Positions 12,366 to 25,229 of a DNA stretch of 64,000 nucleotides are shown here, in pieces. Position 1 is the first letter of the stretch. Every line of letters starts with the position of its first letter. Source of the DNA: Octopus sinensis (Eukaryota); contig NC_043003.1 of the NCBI RefSeq assembly GCF_006345805.1, forward strand, positions 55,862,001-55,926,000, written 5' to 3'. The notes under the pieces were generated by a model. That model was not told the origin of the DNA and made no database searches. It saw only the letters and a program-made list of their open reading frames with translations. The position numbers and the translations under genes were made by a program.

Positions 12366-13521
12366 AGTCAGAAATTCAGTTAGCAACAATGTGTCGTATA
12401 AATGAAGAAACTTCTAATCAGGCAGTTATAATTGTAATACGATTGAGGATAATGTTTTATGTAAACTCTACAATTAAATATACATGTTAATAATTCTTAA
12501 ATACAAAACAGAATATTCGTAACTTTTATTGTATATACGCCTTTCATTTCATTTGTTTTAAATATCCATATTTTAAAGAATATAAATAGTAAGTTTTATC
12601 ATTTTAGTTTGAGTCTCAAGTAGATTTACCTCCTCGAAATTCAAACAATGCTATTCTACATTTACCTGTCTTATTTTGGTATTTAAATTTTTAGTTTGTA
12701 TGTGTGAATGCATATGTGAACATATATGCTTATACACGTGTATATATTTACACAGATGCATGCATACACGCACATACATATGTGTGTGTATAAGTATGTA
12801 TATATATATATATATAATACGGTGTAGATTTAAACACATTAAGAGGTTTCCATCATATGAATCCTTTACGCTAGAAAGAACACCTAAAGTCAAAACCACT
12901 AATTAGGAATAAATTGTAGAAGGGAATGATAAATAAAAATATTTATCATCTCTTTCCTGGACCATAGTTTCTGACTTTAAATAAAATAATTTACTGGGCG
13001 AAATCTTCTTCAACAGGGACGCCAAGATTAAACATACAAACACGAGATCAATCCAGCATGTGACTCTCGCTTATACATTTAATTTCTTTCAAATCCACCG
13101 CGCAAGCGCAGTTTTTTGTTTTTTTTACGTTTTGTCGGCAGCAAAATGATGCCGGCAACTTCTTCGAACGAAGCTTCCAAAAATCATAATACATAATTAA
13201 TACAAAACATCAGGGTAATAAATGATTTTATTTGCTAAAGAAAGTCAGAAGCCATGGTCCAAGAGGGAGATGGTAAATGTTTTTACCTTTCATTCTCTTG
13301 GAGAATTTATCCCTAATTAGTGGTTTGGAATTTAGCCGTTCTTTCTAGCGTAAAGGATTCCTATGATAGAAACCTCTTAATGTGTTTAAATGTACACTGT
13401 ATTTTATATGAATAATATATCGCCTATTGACTATTTTTTCTATACGCTAGGACACTGGTAGTAAACATTTCTAAAATCATTATTACCCTGATGTTATTAA
13501 TTATATATATATATATATATA

Positions 13522-13746
13522 TCTTTTATTCGTTTTTCTTGTTTCAGTCATTTGAATGTGGCCATGCTGGAGCACCGCGTTTAGTCAAGCAAATATCGAC
13601 CCCAAGACTTATTCTTTGTAAGCCTAGTACTTATTCTATCGGTCTCTTTTGCCGAACTGCTAAGTTACGGGGGACGTAAAACAACCGCATCAGTTGTCAA
13701 GCGATTTTGTGAGGACAAAGAGAGACGTACAAACATACACAGACAA

Positions 13747-13802
<56 letters not shown>

Positions 13803-13960
13803 CATATATGACGGGCTTCTTTCAGTTTCCGTCTACCAAACCGTCTCACTTTGGTCGTTCCGAGGCTATAATAGAAGATATTTGCCCAAAGTAACACAAA
13901 GTAAGACTGAACCCGTAATCAAGTGGTTGTTAAGGAATCTAGTTACCACTCAGTCACTCC
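13522..13960 (-). mobile_element. Family B SINE with an internal (TA)n expansion
   Basis: Reverse complement of the 4991-5328 family. Confidence 0.85.
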
Positions 13961-13976
13961 TGCGAATATATATATA

Positions 13977-14022
<46 letters not shown>

Positions 14023-14084
14023 TATATATACGAGAGACTGGACGGTCAAAAGTAGAGCACTCAAAAAATTTATTCGGAGTTACA

Positions 14085-16267
14085 TGTATGGATCAAAATA
14101 GATTAATTCAAATTCGTTGGTACTCTTGAATTTCAAGCGTAATGCTATTCTTCAAAAGTGTGAACCTCAAGATTGACCTATGGAACATTGTATAAAGGTA
14201 AGGTTTCGGTATTATTCCAACCCCATCCTCAAATCCCTAAATGACTATATGACCAGCATTAAGCAGTCCCCCAACATACACACACTCGCAGGCAAAACAA
14301 AGAATATTTACGAAATAAACACTTCCACACACTCAAGACTTCATACAAGCTCCATCACCAACACATACGAGGACACCCGTAATTCTACAAACAATGGTAG
14401 AAGCACAGAAGCAAAGTAGCTAACCAATCACATTAATATACAGGATCGCGTGGACTGCCTCACCAAGCGGTCTCCCATATTACACTTATAGACCATAAGC
14501 CCACCTTCCTCTCCAATCCCAAATGCGGGATGAGAAACTACTCTAAAAGTGAGACAGGTACCATTAGCAAACGTCTTCTCGATACAATAAACTCCGATAT
14601 CAGGAGTGTTACAGTGTTGATTGTATGGATCGACTGGTTCCGTGGTATCGAATGAGAATTTAGATTCACCCAGTTTAACATTATCGAATTCTACCCTTCC
14701 ATATCTAAGCTCCTCCTTCTGAAGACCCTAACCTTTTCTAGACAATACACCAGCTTTAGTGATCTTGATATCAGAATTATCATGAATGTCAGAAAGTTAA
14801 TTCTAGTCCACGACGATTCCTTGTGAGTGAAGAAAGAAGGCGAGCCATTATTCGATGATTTTTATGGGGATCTTTGGCGTGGCTTAAATCGCCGACCTCG
14901 TAGGGTTTTACATCTTGGATACCTTGAAGGGACGTGCCCACCTACATAGGTAGACTGCCTGGTTATCTGAAGCCATATAAACGACCATGCCATGGACAGG
15001 TTCAGGAATCACTTCATAAAAATATTTAAGCAGTTCGACCTCTGCATAACGGTTACCACTAACCTAACTACGGTCGATTTCTTGGACGTAACCTTAGACC
15101 TGAATACGGGCAAGCATTACCCATACAGCAAGCATAATGAGGAAATAGTAAGCGCCAATATGAGCTTAGGCCACCCCTCCGCTGTAATGAGAAACCTGGT
15201 TTCAGTCATTAATACGCAACTATCTAATTTGTCGACCAATAGAAAGACTTTTAGCTTTCCCCATCACTCGTATGATGCTTTGTATAGGACCGAGTTTACT
15301 GAGAAGTTCACGTATGTAGACAACATCAAAACAACCTCTCCCTACCACAAAAAGATTTGGAAAAGGAAAATTATATGGTATAACTGCCCCTTTCAACCTA
15401 GAAAATTTGCACCCAGCTGCCAGCTCTGCCTCCGTGAAAAACTGCATCCCATCCAACAACCCACAGTATCCATCAACAAGAAATACGAATTATGTTATTG
15501 CTGTCACGAAAGGAATAGCCTTCTGGTAAATTACAAGCATATGATTGCCGACAACCCGGGTATACCACGTGAGTATCAGCTGCTACTCTGCATCATCTGC
15601 ACCAAAGTCACCGCCACCAGCCAACTTAATTAGAGCAGCACTGTCAACAACCAGCCACCAGTGCTTACCAATTCCCAACGCTTACGAATCCTCTACGCTT
15701 GTTATGCGCATATACACTCATGTATGCGCGCACGAGTACACATCTGCACGTGCATACGTGTGTGCGCACACACTGATATGCATGTTGCATGCATATTTAT
15801 ATAGATATTTACATATACATGAATACACATGTGCGTATGTGCGGAGATGTGTATGCACGTACGTGTATGTGTGTAGATATGTATGCATGTGTGTGTATGT
15901 GCGTGTATGTGTGCGCGCACGCATCTTCATTCATATATCTGTGTGTGTGTGTGAATGTGTGGGCGTGCACATACGCTGTCAAGTATAGGTGTGCCTGCTC
16001 GCATCAATACAGCATGCACACAAAACCATTTCCTGTCCAGCACGCGATACTTTTCCTACTGACCATGCAGAATTCTCCAACTAACTGCTACCGATATAGT
16101 AACATAAAACCACAACACAGCATGCCCTTCCATGACCAAGTGCAGCACACGACTTTGCAATAACAGTAAAATTCTGTCATTGAAAATTCAAAATGGCTGA
16201 AGACTAGCATTAACATTGCAACTGAAGCGTACCAACAAATTTGAATCAAATTGTTTTGATCCATACA
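14085..16267 (+). mobile_element. Penelope-like retroelement, degenerate, bounded by an inverted partial pseudo-LTR
   Basis: Broken frames give ITLIDHKPTFLSNPKC, FNIIEFYPSISK, TVDFLDVTLDLNTGKHYPY, KRKIIWYNCPF and CQLCLREKL, i.e. PLE RT plus GIY-YIG tail. 14085-14154 is a diverged reverse complement of 16198-16267. Confidence 0.9.
14992..15633 (+). pseudogene. Penelope RT thumb fused by deletion to the GIY-YIG C-terminus (residual ORF)
   Basis: NLTTVDFLDVTLDLNTG...HP...IIWYN.PF is joined directly to CQLCLREKL...INKKYEL...CH; most of the endonuclease is missing. Confidence 0.8.
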
Positions 16268-16339
16268 CAACGCACACACACATAGAAACATACGCGCGTA
16301 TATGTGTATGTGTATATCTATCTATCTGTCTATCTAACA

Positions 16340-16371
<32 letters not shown>

Positions 16372-16444
16372 AGTTTGATAGATTGATAGATAGATGGATA
16401 TACATGTATCCGAGATTGAGTGTGTGTGTATAATAATAATTTGT

Positions 16445-16462
16445 AATAACAACAACAATAAA

Positions 16463-16522
<60 letters not shown>
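16445..16522. repeat. (AAT)n array 5' of Dong insertion
   Basis: Direct inspection. Confidence 0.95.
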
Positions 16523-17294
16523 CCACTGCATGGCAAGTATGTGGCCCGTAGCAAAGAAGCTTATCTTGATCAGAAACATACACATCAATGGTTACGAAGC
16601 TCAGGGCTAAAAGCAGAGAGTGAAGGTTTCATATTAGCTGCTCAAGACCAAAGCTTATTAACCCGGAACCACCAAGCCAATATGATAAAAAATGGAACTG
16701 ACCCAAAGTGCCGATTCTGTAACGATGAGATTGAAAGAATAGGTCACCTAATATCAGGGTGTAGAGTCTTAGCACCTGTAGAATATAAAGCAAGACATGA
16801 CAGAGTCGGCTTATATTTACACAGGACAATATGTTGGCATTATAAAATCAAAACTGCTGACAAATGGTATAAATACCACCCTGAAGCTGTGACTGAGGGA
16901 CAAAATGTGTCGATTCTATGGGACTTCCTCGTACATACCAACAAAACTATAAAAGCTAATAAACCGATATTATAAAAGATCAGGCAAGAAAGGTGTGTTT
17001 ATCAATTGACATGAGTATTCCTTGCGATCACAATATAGCGTCGAAAGAATTTGACAAGATCAGTAAATATAAAGACTTGCTATTAGAAATTGAAAAAAAA
17101 TTTGGCATCTCAAGGCGACTCTAGTACCAATGACTGTAGGATCACTAGGAATGATGAAAAAAAAGTATTGAAACCTATTTGAAAATGATACCAGGTTTAC
17201 TATCCCTATAGGAAGTAGAAATATCATGTTAACTGGAACGAGTGATGTACTGAGAAGAGCATTATCACTGTGAAAACAACATCCATTCATGAAT

Positions 17295-17325
<31 letters not shown>

Positions 17326-17445
17326 GATACATATTTTACCTGTGAATTTGCATGTGTAACCTGAGAATGCAAAAATGAGCTTCTCTGCCCTAGGTGTACG
17401 GAAAACACCCGGCGAAAATGGATGAAATTTTGAAGAAAGAAGGAA

Positions 17446-17446
<1 letters not shown>
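16523..17446 (+). mobile_element. R4/Dong-clade RLE non-LTR retrotransposon, 5'-truncated
   Basis: PLHGKY..WLRSSGLKAESEGFILAAQDQSL..CRFC..ERIGHLISGC (CCHC knuckle)..RHDRVG..ILWDF..KPDI..IDMSIP..KISKYKDL (PD-D..K nuclease); (AAT)n on both sides. Confidence 0.92.

Positions 17447-17498
<52 letters not shown>
17446..17498. repeat. (AAT)n array 3' of Dong insertion
   Basis: Direct inspection. Confidence 0.95.
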
Positions 17499-17499
<1 letters not shown>

Positions 17500-17550
17500 G
17501 TTGCATAGCATTACCTTTAAATCTACAGCTTTACATATACAGCTTTACAG

Positions 17551-17634
17551 AGACCAACATGTTTCAACTGCACCGATTAGTAACCGTTGCAATTGCAACC
17601 ACATTATAATACCGGTGCAGTTTCTTCAGGGTCT
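17551..17634 (-). ncRNA. Type I hammerhead ribozyme motif with a 10-bp stem II
   Basis: Minus strand AGACC-CTGAAGA-AACTGCACCG[37 nt]CGGTGCAGTT-GAAAC AT GTT-GGTCT. Stems I (5 bp) and II (10 bp) are perfect; the triplet is GUU. Confidence 0.8.
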
Positions 17635-18254
17635 TTACTCTTAAGAATATTATCGGATGTATATATTAACTCTTGAATAACTTATTTTGTATACCTAAGT
17701 GAGAGTGAACCGGTAAACATTTTGGGTAATCCCTTACTATTGACATATATGTGTGTACATGCGCATGTGTGTGTGTGCGCGCGCGCGCGCGTGTGTGTCT
17801 GTGTGTGTGCGTGTGTGTGTGTGTTTCTGTACACATACACTCACAAACATAAATTACAGACATACACTCTCATGCACACAAACGCATACAGAAAGCTATA
17901 CACACGCTTTTGCTTATATAAGTACGTTCCGTTGTAAGTGCATGCCTAACGTTCACATACACTTACGACTTTGAGGATTGCGTGTGTGCTGTGTGTTCGT
18001 GTGTCTGAGAGAGAGAAAATTGAGAGAAACAGATAGACACACAGACAGACAGATAGGGCGAGGGTGTAGAAAACTATATCTAAGGCAAACTATCAATAAA
18101 ATGCAAGTGAAATGTAGTAAAACATACATGTGTTTAATTATGTGAAGATATTTGTCTGTGTGATTTGTCTATATTCTACAGTCGCATAAACATACTTAGA
18201 CAGGACCACAGATAGGCAGAAAGAGAGACAGAGAGAGAGATGCATACAGTAAAG

Positions 18255-18341
<87 letters not shown>

Positions 18342-18350
18342 AAACGATAG

Positions 18351-18650
18351 ACGTTTTTTAAGCCTAGCCAGGCTCATGAGCCTGGTTTCCCGGTTTCTGT
18401 GGCGTATGTGTCCTCCCCAGCTGCACGCGACGCCAGTCTATCGCAGCGTTACTCAAGAAACAGGAACAGAGAGTGAGAGAAAGTTGTGGCGAAAGAGTAC
18501 AACAGGAGTCGCCACCATCCCCTGCCGGAGCCTCGTAGAGCTTTTAGGTGTTTTCGCTCAATAAACACACACAACGACCGCTCTGGGAATCGAAACCGCG
18601 ATCCTCCGACCGCGAGGCCGCTGCCCTAACCACTGCGTCATTGCGCCTCC
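18351..18650 (-). mobile_element. tRNA-Arg-like SINE (family C) inserted in a (GATA)n array
   Basis: Minus head ggaggcgcaatgacgcagtggttagggcagcggcctcgcggtcgg..ggtttcgattccc has A/B boxes, and the central gctgcgatagactggcg motif is present. Related to 60397-60700 and 49767-49917. Confidence 0.85.
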
Positions 18651-18671
18651 AGATAGATAGATAGATTGATT

Positions 18672-18753
<82 letters not shown>

Positions 18754-19016
18754 TTTCAGTAGGGAAGTGACAACTAAAGTAGACATTCAGCAATAGGTAG
18801 GTAAGTAGGCATGTGGGTAAGTAGGTAGGTTGGTAGAAACGTACATAGATAGATAAATAGATCGATCGATAGATAGATAGATACATACATATTTCACATA
18901 TAAATACATTGACGGACACCTCGCTTCGGTTATGGGTGTTTTAGAAAACCGAACGTTACTCTATATACCCAGCCTCTTTTTTTTATTATGTTTTCTATTG
19001 TATGCGCAACGTCTAC

Positions 19017-19640
19017 AATTTAAGGGGAGGGGACTAGTCGATTACATCGACCCCAGTGCACGACTGGTACTTTATCAAGCCCGAAAAAATTAATGGCGGA
19101 AGACCTCGGCGCAGTTTGAACTCAGAACGTAAAATCAGATGAAATGCCACTAATTCATTTTATTCGGCGTGCTAATAATCCTGCTAGTTCTCTGTCTCAA
19201 TGTAGGTTTTGATAATGGCTTCAAACTATGGCAGATACCCAGCAATTTGGAGGAGATGATATCTCGATTACATCTATATTGGTCTTATTTTATCTACGCC
19301 GGAAGTATGACAGGCAAAATCAACTTCGGCGGAATTTGAACTCAGAACGTAAGGACGAACGAAATTACGCTAAACACCTCTGCCCGGCATAGTAACTATT
19401 TTACCCGCTCACAGCCCATTAATAATCCTTTTTACTAGGTCTGAAAGTTAATGGGAGGAGTCTAGTCGATTACATCGACCTCAGTGTTACACTGATACCT
19501 AATTTGCCGATCCCGAAAGGATGAAATGCAAGGTAGACCTCGGCGGAATTTGAAATCAGAACGTAAAAACGGATGAATCGTCGCTAAGCATTTCGCTCGG
19601 CGTGCTAACGATTTTGCCAGATCGCCGTCTTCATCGCCCT
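19017..19640 (-). mobile_element. Three head-to-tail family A SINE copies
   Basis: The motif cggcggaatttgaactcagaacgtaa, or a close variant, recurs three times with gtcgattacatcgac hairpins. Confidence 0.85.
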
Positions 19641-20939
19641 CCAATAATAGCAAATGTTTCTAATCGAAGCACTACGAAAGAAATAAGGCGTAAAGCGTTC
19701 AGCTAACTGAATGCACCACAATATCTGTTTGTACCTCGGTTAGATGAAAGGGCAAGTTACCGCAGAGGAATTGGAAATCAGCACGTGCATTCAACACTAA
19801 GGCTTTTCTTCTAATGACCTAAGGAGCTTATTCAGAGATACAATACAGTACTGCTTGAAATAGCATGTATATTATCACTTGACCCTCTAGCAATAGCAGC
19901 AACCTCTTTTGGTCACATCTTCACTGTGCTTTATAAAAAGTCACATATTATATAAAATACACTTACATATTTCTTATCGGCACAACATATTCCACATATC
20001 AGAGATAATCTCTGTGGAGTGATGCGGTAGAAAATCTACCCTGAATATCAGCCCACAACCTTAACTAAAAACCGCGGATCGCTACGAAAAAGTAAAAAGA
20101 TACGTAACTGTGCCAGGATTTCTTACGAGTAGCTTGATACGTTCAATGAGGTTTTGTTACAGGAACTGGTTTGTGTAATAAGTTTAAGTCGCAAGAACTG
20201 TTCAAACAGATTATGTTACACGAACTCTGTGTATTTCTATGCATAATATACAACAGTATTTATTTAAAACCTTTCGCCTCAGCAATCAAAGCCATCGATG
20301 AAGAATATTATTTTCCCTCTTAATATGCCAGAAACAGCAAGCAAATTCCATTCCCTGCAAAACACATCTTGAAGTCTTAAAGGAAATGTGAGCCCATACT
20401 GTGATCTATTATACATTTTTGATGTACTAGAAATAGTAGATAATTCCTCTCAGAACGCACATCACTATCTTTAAAGATTCGAAAGACATTTTGTGTAATG
20501 TAGTTGCGGAAAGCTTTCAAAAGGTTGGAAGGTATAGGCTAGACTACCTTAGAAAATATGGTTGATCTAAGGTTAGAAAACAACCGTATACCACAAGGCT
20601 ACTATAACATCAAAGCTAAAATAATGACTTCAACACTACGAATTATTTCATTATTGCAATATATTATATGGTGTTGAGTTTTAACAATGGAGCAGAAATA
20701 AACGGCTCTGTTATGATTGGACGATAAGTGTGCAAACACTTAGAAAACTATATTGCTTGGTAAACAGTATAGCTAGGCAGAGTGCATCTGTTCACATACT
20801 GATTAATAAAAGCAAACCAGAATATTCAATTAGGCGTCTGTTCGATAGATTTGATAATTACAATATCACTTCAATTTAACCACACCAAGGGGCTAATCGT
20901 ACTCATATAGAGTATCATACACGGAGACACACATACGCT

Positions 20940-20956
20940 TAACATACATACATTCA

Positions 20957-20991
<35 letters not shown>

Positions 20992-21107
20992 TCATATGAA
21001 TATACACACACGCATATATATATACATATGCACACGCATACAAACATACACACACACGCTCGCCCGCACACACACGCACATATTTGTATGTTTGTTTAGA
21101 TATTTGC

Positions 21108-21166
<59 letters not shown>

Positions 21167-21509
21167 TCTTTGTACAATATGCACGTATATGTTGCTGTGT
21201 ATATACATCCGTACATCCATCTAGCCATCCATCCGTCCATTCATCCATACCACAAACCCATATCCTCATACACAAAAACACATACACACACATACATATA
21301 TATACACACACACATATATATATATGTGTATATATATGTACATGTATTTACATGCATATGTACATATGTATGCATGGAAACACACATGCACATATACGTG
21401 TGCATTATTTGTACAAATAGTATATATGCATGTATAATTTTACAGATGTATATATATTCATATGTTAATATGTGTATGTATATATGCACTTATATATATA
21501 TATATATAT

Positions 21510-21562
<53 letters not shown>

Positions 21563-21720
21563 CACATGGATACATACATGCATTCACTCATGTAATATAT
21601 GAATATATAGAGATATATGCAGATATGCATACGTCTGTGTGCGTGTGTGCATGTGTGTGTATGTGTGTATGTGTACATGTGTGTGAGTGCTTATTTTTGT
21701 ATATGTATATATGTATATAT
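20940..21720. repeat. Compound TA/CA/TACA microsatellite block
   Basis: Direct inspection. Confidence 0.9.
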
Positions 21721-22198
21721 TTATAATCGTGATGTTATTAATTAATATTTCATGTCCTGATAAATCGGCATAATTAATTAGTATGATCGATTAACGAATA
21801 AGGAAGGCATAGAGAGCGGAAAGATAAGAGTGAGAATGGTAGAATGGTCTGTTTATTCATCATCCATTGATAAAATGGTTTGATTATCTCACTTGACGCC
21901 CCTTGGGAAAAATGAGCTATAATTCACCAATCAAATACTGAGGCTGCCATTACTGCAGCCGCGGCTATTTATCTATCTGTACTTTATAACCTGCATTAAT
22001 TTAAAATGTTGATAAGCATGACGAGCTCGTCGTGGAAGAAAACAACAGTGGAAATAGACAGATGAACTAATAGTATGAATATAGCTGTATAGTTCTTTTA
22101 CTCTTCTACTGGTTTCAAGGAGTGTACTATGGCTATCATTTGACACTCCTTCCTTGCAGTTTAGTCAGCTGTATCGGGCCAGATGCAATTTTCCAGAA

Positions 22199-22372
22199 GG
22201 CGAGTTGCCGAGTGGTTAGGGTGTTGCACTGACAATCGGTGTCTGGTGCTTTTACTCGAACATTTCATTTCACGTCGCTCCAGTCCTCTCAGTTGTAAAT
22301 ATGTAAGGGAGACTGCGACGGATTGGCAACCATTTTTTGGACAATATTGTGATTCGATTCCTTATACGTAAT
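22199..22372 (+). mobile_element. Degenerate tRNA-derived SINE
   Basis: ggcgagttgccgagtggttagggtgtt A-box-like head and a gactgcgacggattggc motif like family C. Confidence 0.55.
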
Positions 22373-23534
22373 GGAGAACGAGTAACCGTCTCTATGAGTC
22401 CTAGGAATCGAAGTCGTAATATTCAGGCGCTGATTACTATTTCGCAGTCTTCTACATCTTTTATAGATTTCAGTAATTTATCAAATGCCTGAGTGGATTT
22501 TAAACGGTCAATTGTTGTGATCAAACGCCATGTATTATATGTTCCGAATCATTGCACACCGACTTGAAATGCCATCGAAGACGTCTCTGCTTTTCGATGT
22601 ACAAAGGAAATATCAGACGGTCAGACCAGAGCAGAGAATTAGGCAGAACTGTATTTGAGTATTTATTCTGGTCCTCTGCATTCTGAATTTTCGATCTGTT
22701 CTTTGAATCTGGTACCTGAACAGATCCAAATTGGTAGATTAATAACAATGTTAGCTCTCAAACATCGTGGGTTTATTCACTTGTCATACTCTCTTTCTAT
22801 CTTCATTGTTCTGCTAAATTTGGTTACCTTGCCATCATGTTATTACGGTTTTACTCTAACTGTGCAGAATACTGGGCCAGTGTTTTCTGATTTGGCTTCA
22901 AGTTAACCATACAACGTTCTATTCTCTTCTTTCAGCAGTGAATCGGGTCGTAGTAGAGGCTGTAACTTTTCTGATAGGTAGATGAACGGGAATATAGAAT
23001 GTACAATTGAAGTTACTGAACAAGATATGAAATTACAGAGACAGTGCAATGTCCAACATTATACACAAGTGTGTGTGTGTGTTTGTATGTTTATTTGTAT
23101 GAAGGTGCAGCTTAAAAAGAAAGCATGCGATAATTGTTTCGGTGTTTCCAATACTTGTGTATTGAATGAAAAACTCCATTTGATAATCCAAGAAAAACTG
23201 GAAGAGATCTGGAAGAAACACAAGATGAAAAGTTGTGATAATAAGGTTCAGGATAAGGATTCCACTCCGAATATATTGCCGTATGATAACTACATTAATA
23301 TCCACGTAGATCCGGTATTTCAGCGGGAAATAGTGCCAATTTTCGTAGCTATAGAGTGGTTCGTGGGACAGCTTTTGAGTCCCCAATTCAGGGAACGAGA
23401 GTCTACAAAGGAAAAAGTACCTTTACAGAAGAGACATAACTGCCACCCCCATAAACCCGTCACCGGGTGTAAACATCTCCTCGCTTCTAGCTCTAGCTGC
23501 GCTATTACCATTAATCAGATTATTTTTGAGTTCA

Positions 23535-24070
23535 TATTTCGTGATCTTCTATCCTAACTATTTGTTAAATAATCGGTAAATAATTACATAAAGTGAATAA
23601 ATTGTTAGTTAAATAGCAATTAACTAATCTGTGAATCCTATTTCCGTGACAGGCTTATGTAAAATGAGCGACAAAATATTATCTAATTACAAATAAATCG
23701 TTGTTGATATAAACCTTACATAGTCTAAGACGTCATTTTCCGTGACGTATTCTGTTTAAAGTTTTGGTTAAATAATGATTAAATAATTATAAAATAATTA
23801 AGTATTAATTTAAATAACTATTATGTAGTCAGTCTATAGAAACTTTTCGTGATCATATCACATGTAAAGTTTACGTTAAGTCATCATTAAATAATTATCA
23901 GATAATATGTTGGTTAAATAAACTATTCTAACTAAATTATCCTATAAAAAGTAGTTAACTTCTGAAACTAAAATTATAACGGTTACATAGACTATCGAAA
24001 ATATTAGTTCCAGCATCGTAGTCAGTCTTCATGAATCAATAATCCTATGCAGACCTTTTCTGAAATATAT
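23535..24070. repeat. Decayed tandem repeat with a period of about 100 bp
   Basis: tt(t/c)cgtga at 23540, 23645, 23741 and 23848; gttaa.t.at...taaataatta at 23564, 23767 and 23875. Confidence 0.55.
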
Positions 24071-24472
24071 TCCAATGGAAGCTCTTAATATATTTTTTTT
24101 CTTTTTTCTTTGTGGAGAAATAACTTTCATTATTTTATCTTTGGTACGTCTTCGTGGTACACTGACTATCAAACGTAAATAAATAAATAATTACTGCTGT
24201 ATTTACTATAGACATTCTAAGAAAAATCATGACTCATGAGAGAAGTATAGAAAATTGTTGAATATCTTGTTGTATTGATCACACATGTGTGTGTACTAAA
24301 GTGATGAATAACACGCTTTTCAAGACGCTCAGACATTAGCATGGCTGTTTTAAAGATTTAAATTGTATTTTAAAAAGCCACCCGCCCACATTGAGAACCA
24401 CATGGCTTATGTTATATACATAGGCACATACATACATATATAGATACATACATGTATTCGTGCTTACACACA

Positions 24473-24557
<85 letters not shown>

Positions 24558-24583
24558 CTATATGTTTCAATGTATGTATACGG

Positions 24584-24614
<31 letters not shown>

Positions 24615-24616
24615 CG

Positions 24617-24647
<31 letters not shown>

Positions 24648-24736
24648 ATGAGTGTGTATGAGTGTGTTTATATCTATATATCTATATCTATATCTACCTA
24701 TCTGTCTCGCTGTATATATATATATATATGTGTGTG

Positions 24737-24769
<33 letters not shown>

Positions 24770-25229
24770 ACATATATTGGCGTTCTTTCACACATAAACA
24801 AAACACAATACAAACGTATACAAGTGTGCACACACTACACCACCTAGCTCACACTAACTGCTACACACAAGCATTTGCACATATGCGCACACAGAGACGC
24901 CTCAGACACAAAATATACATAGCTTCACACATATAAATACACGAAACACACACCACTCCACACAATGCACGCACTGGGTTACTTACAAACATATTTACAC
25001 TGGCTCCGAAACGTAAGCACGGGCTTACTTAATTTTTAGCACGCCCAGTAATACATTCGCACGAGCTCGATCCCAGTTAAACATACACACTCACGCACAA
25101 TTTTCTTACATACACACATGCGCTTGCGCACTATGGTCCAGCCGGATTACTGTTATTATCTCCCCTTCACTGTGCCTCATTCTTTCTGCCATTTTATCAT
25201 GTTGAACGGTATATGTGTATATATATATA

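Noticed and set aside
16394-16975. 193-aa poly-Asn ORF as a host gene
   Set aside because: It is a chance in-frame fusion of an (AAT)n array with a truncated Dong retrotransposon.
18575-18650. tRNA-Arg gene
   Set aside because: The tRNA-like sequence continues into a SINE body and lacks a proper acceptor stem; the same applies to 60397 and 49767.
22017-22034. Palindrome CATGACGAGCTCGTCGTG as a regulatory site
   Set aside because: A 12-bp perfect core can occur by chance in 64 kb, and there is no independent support.
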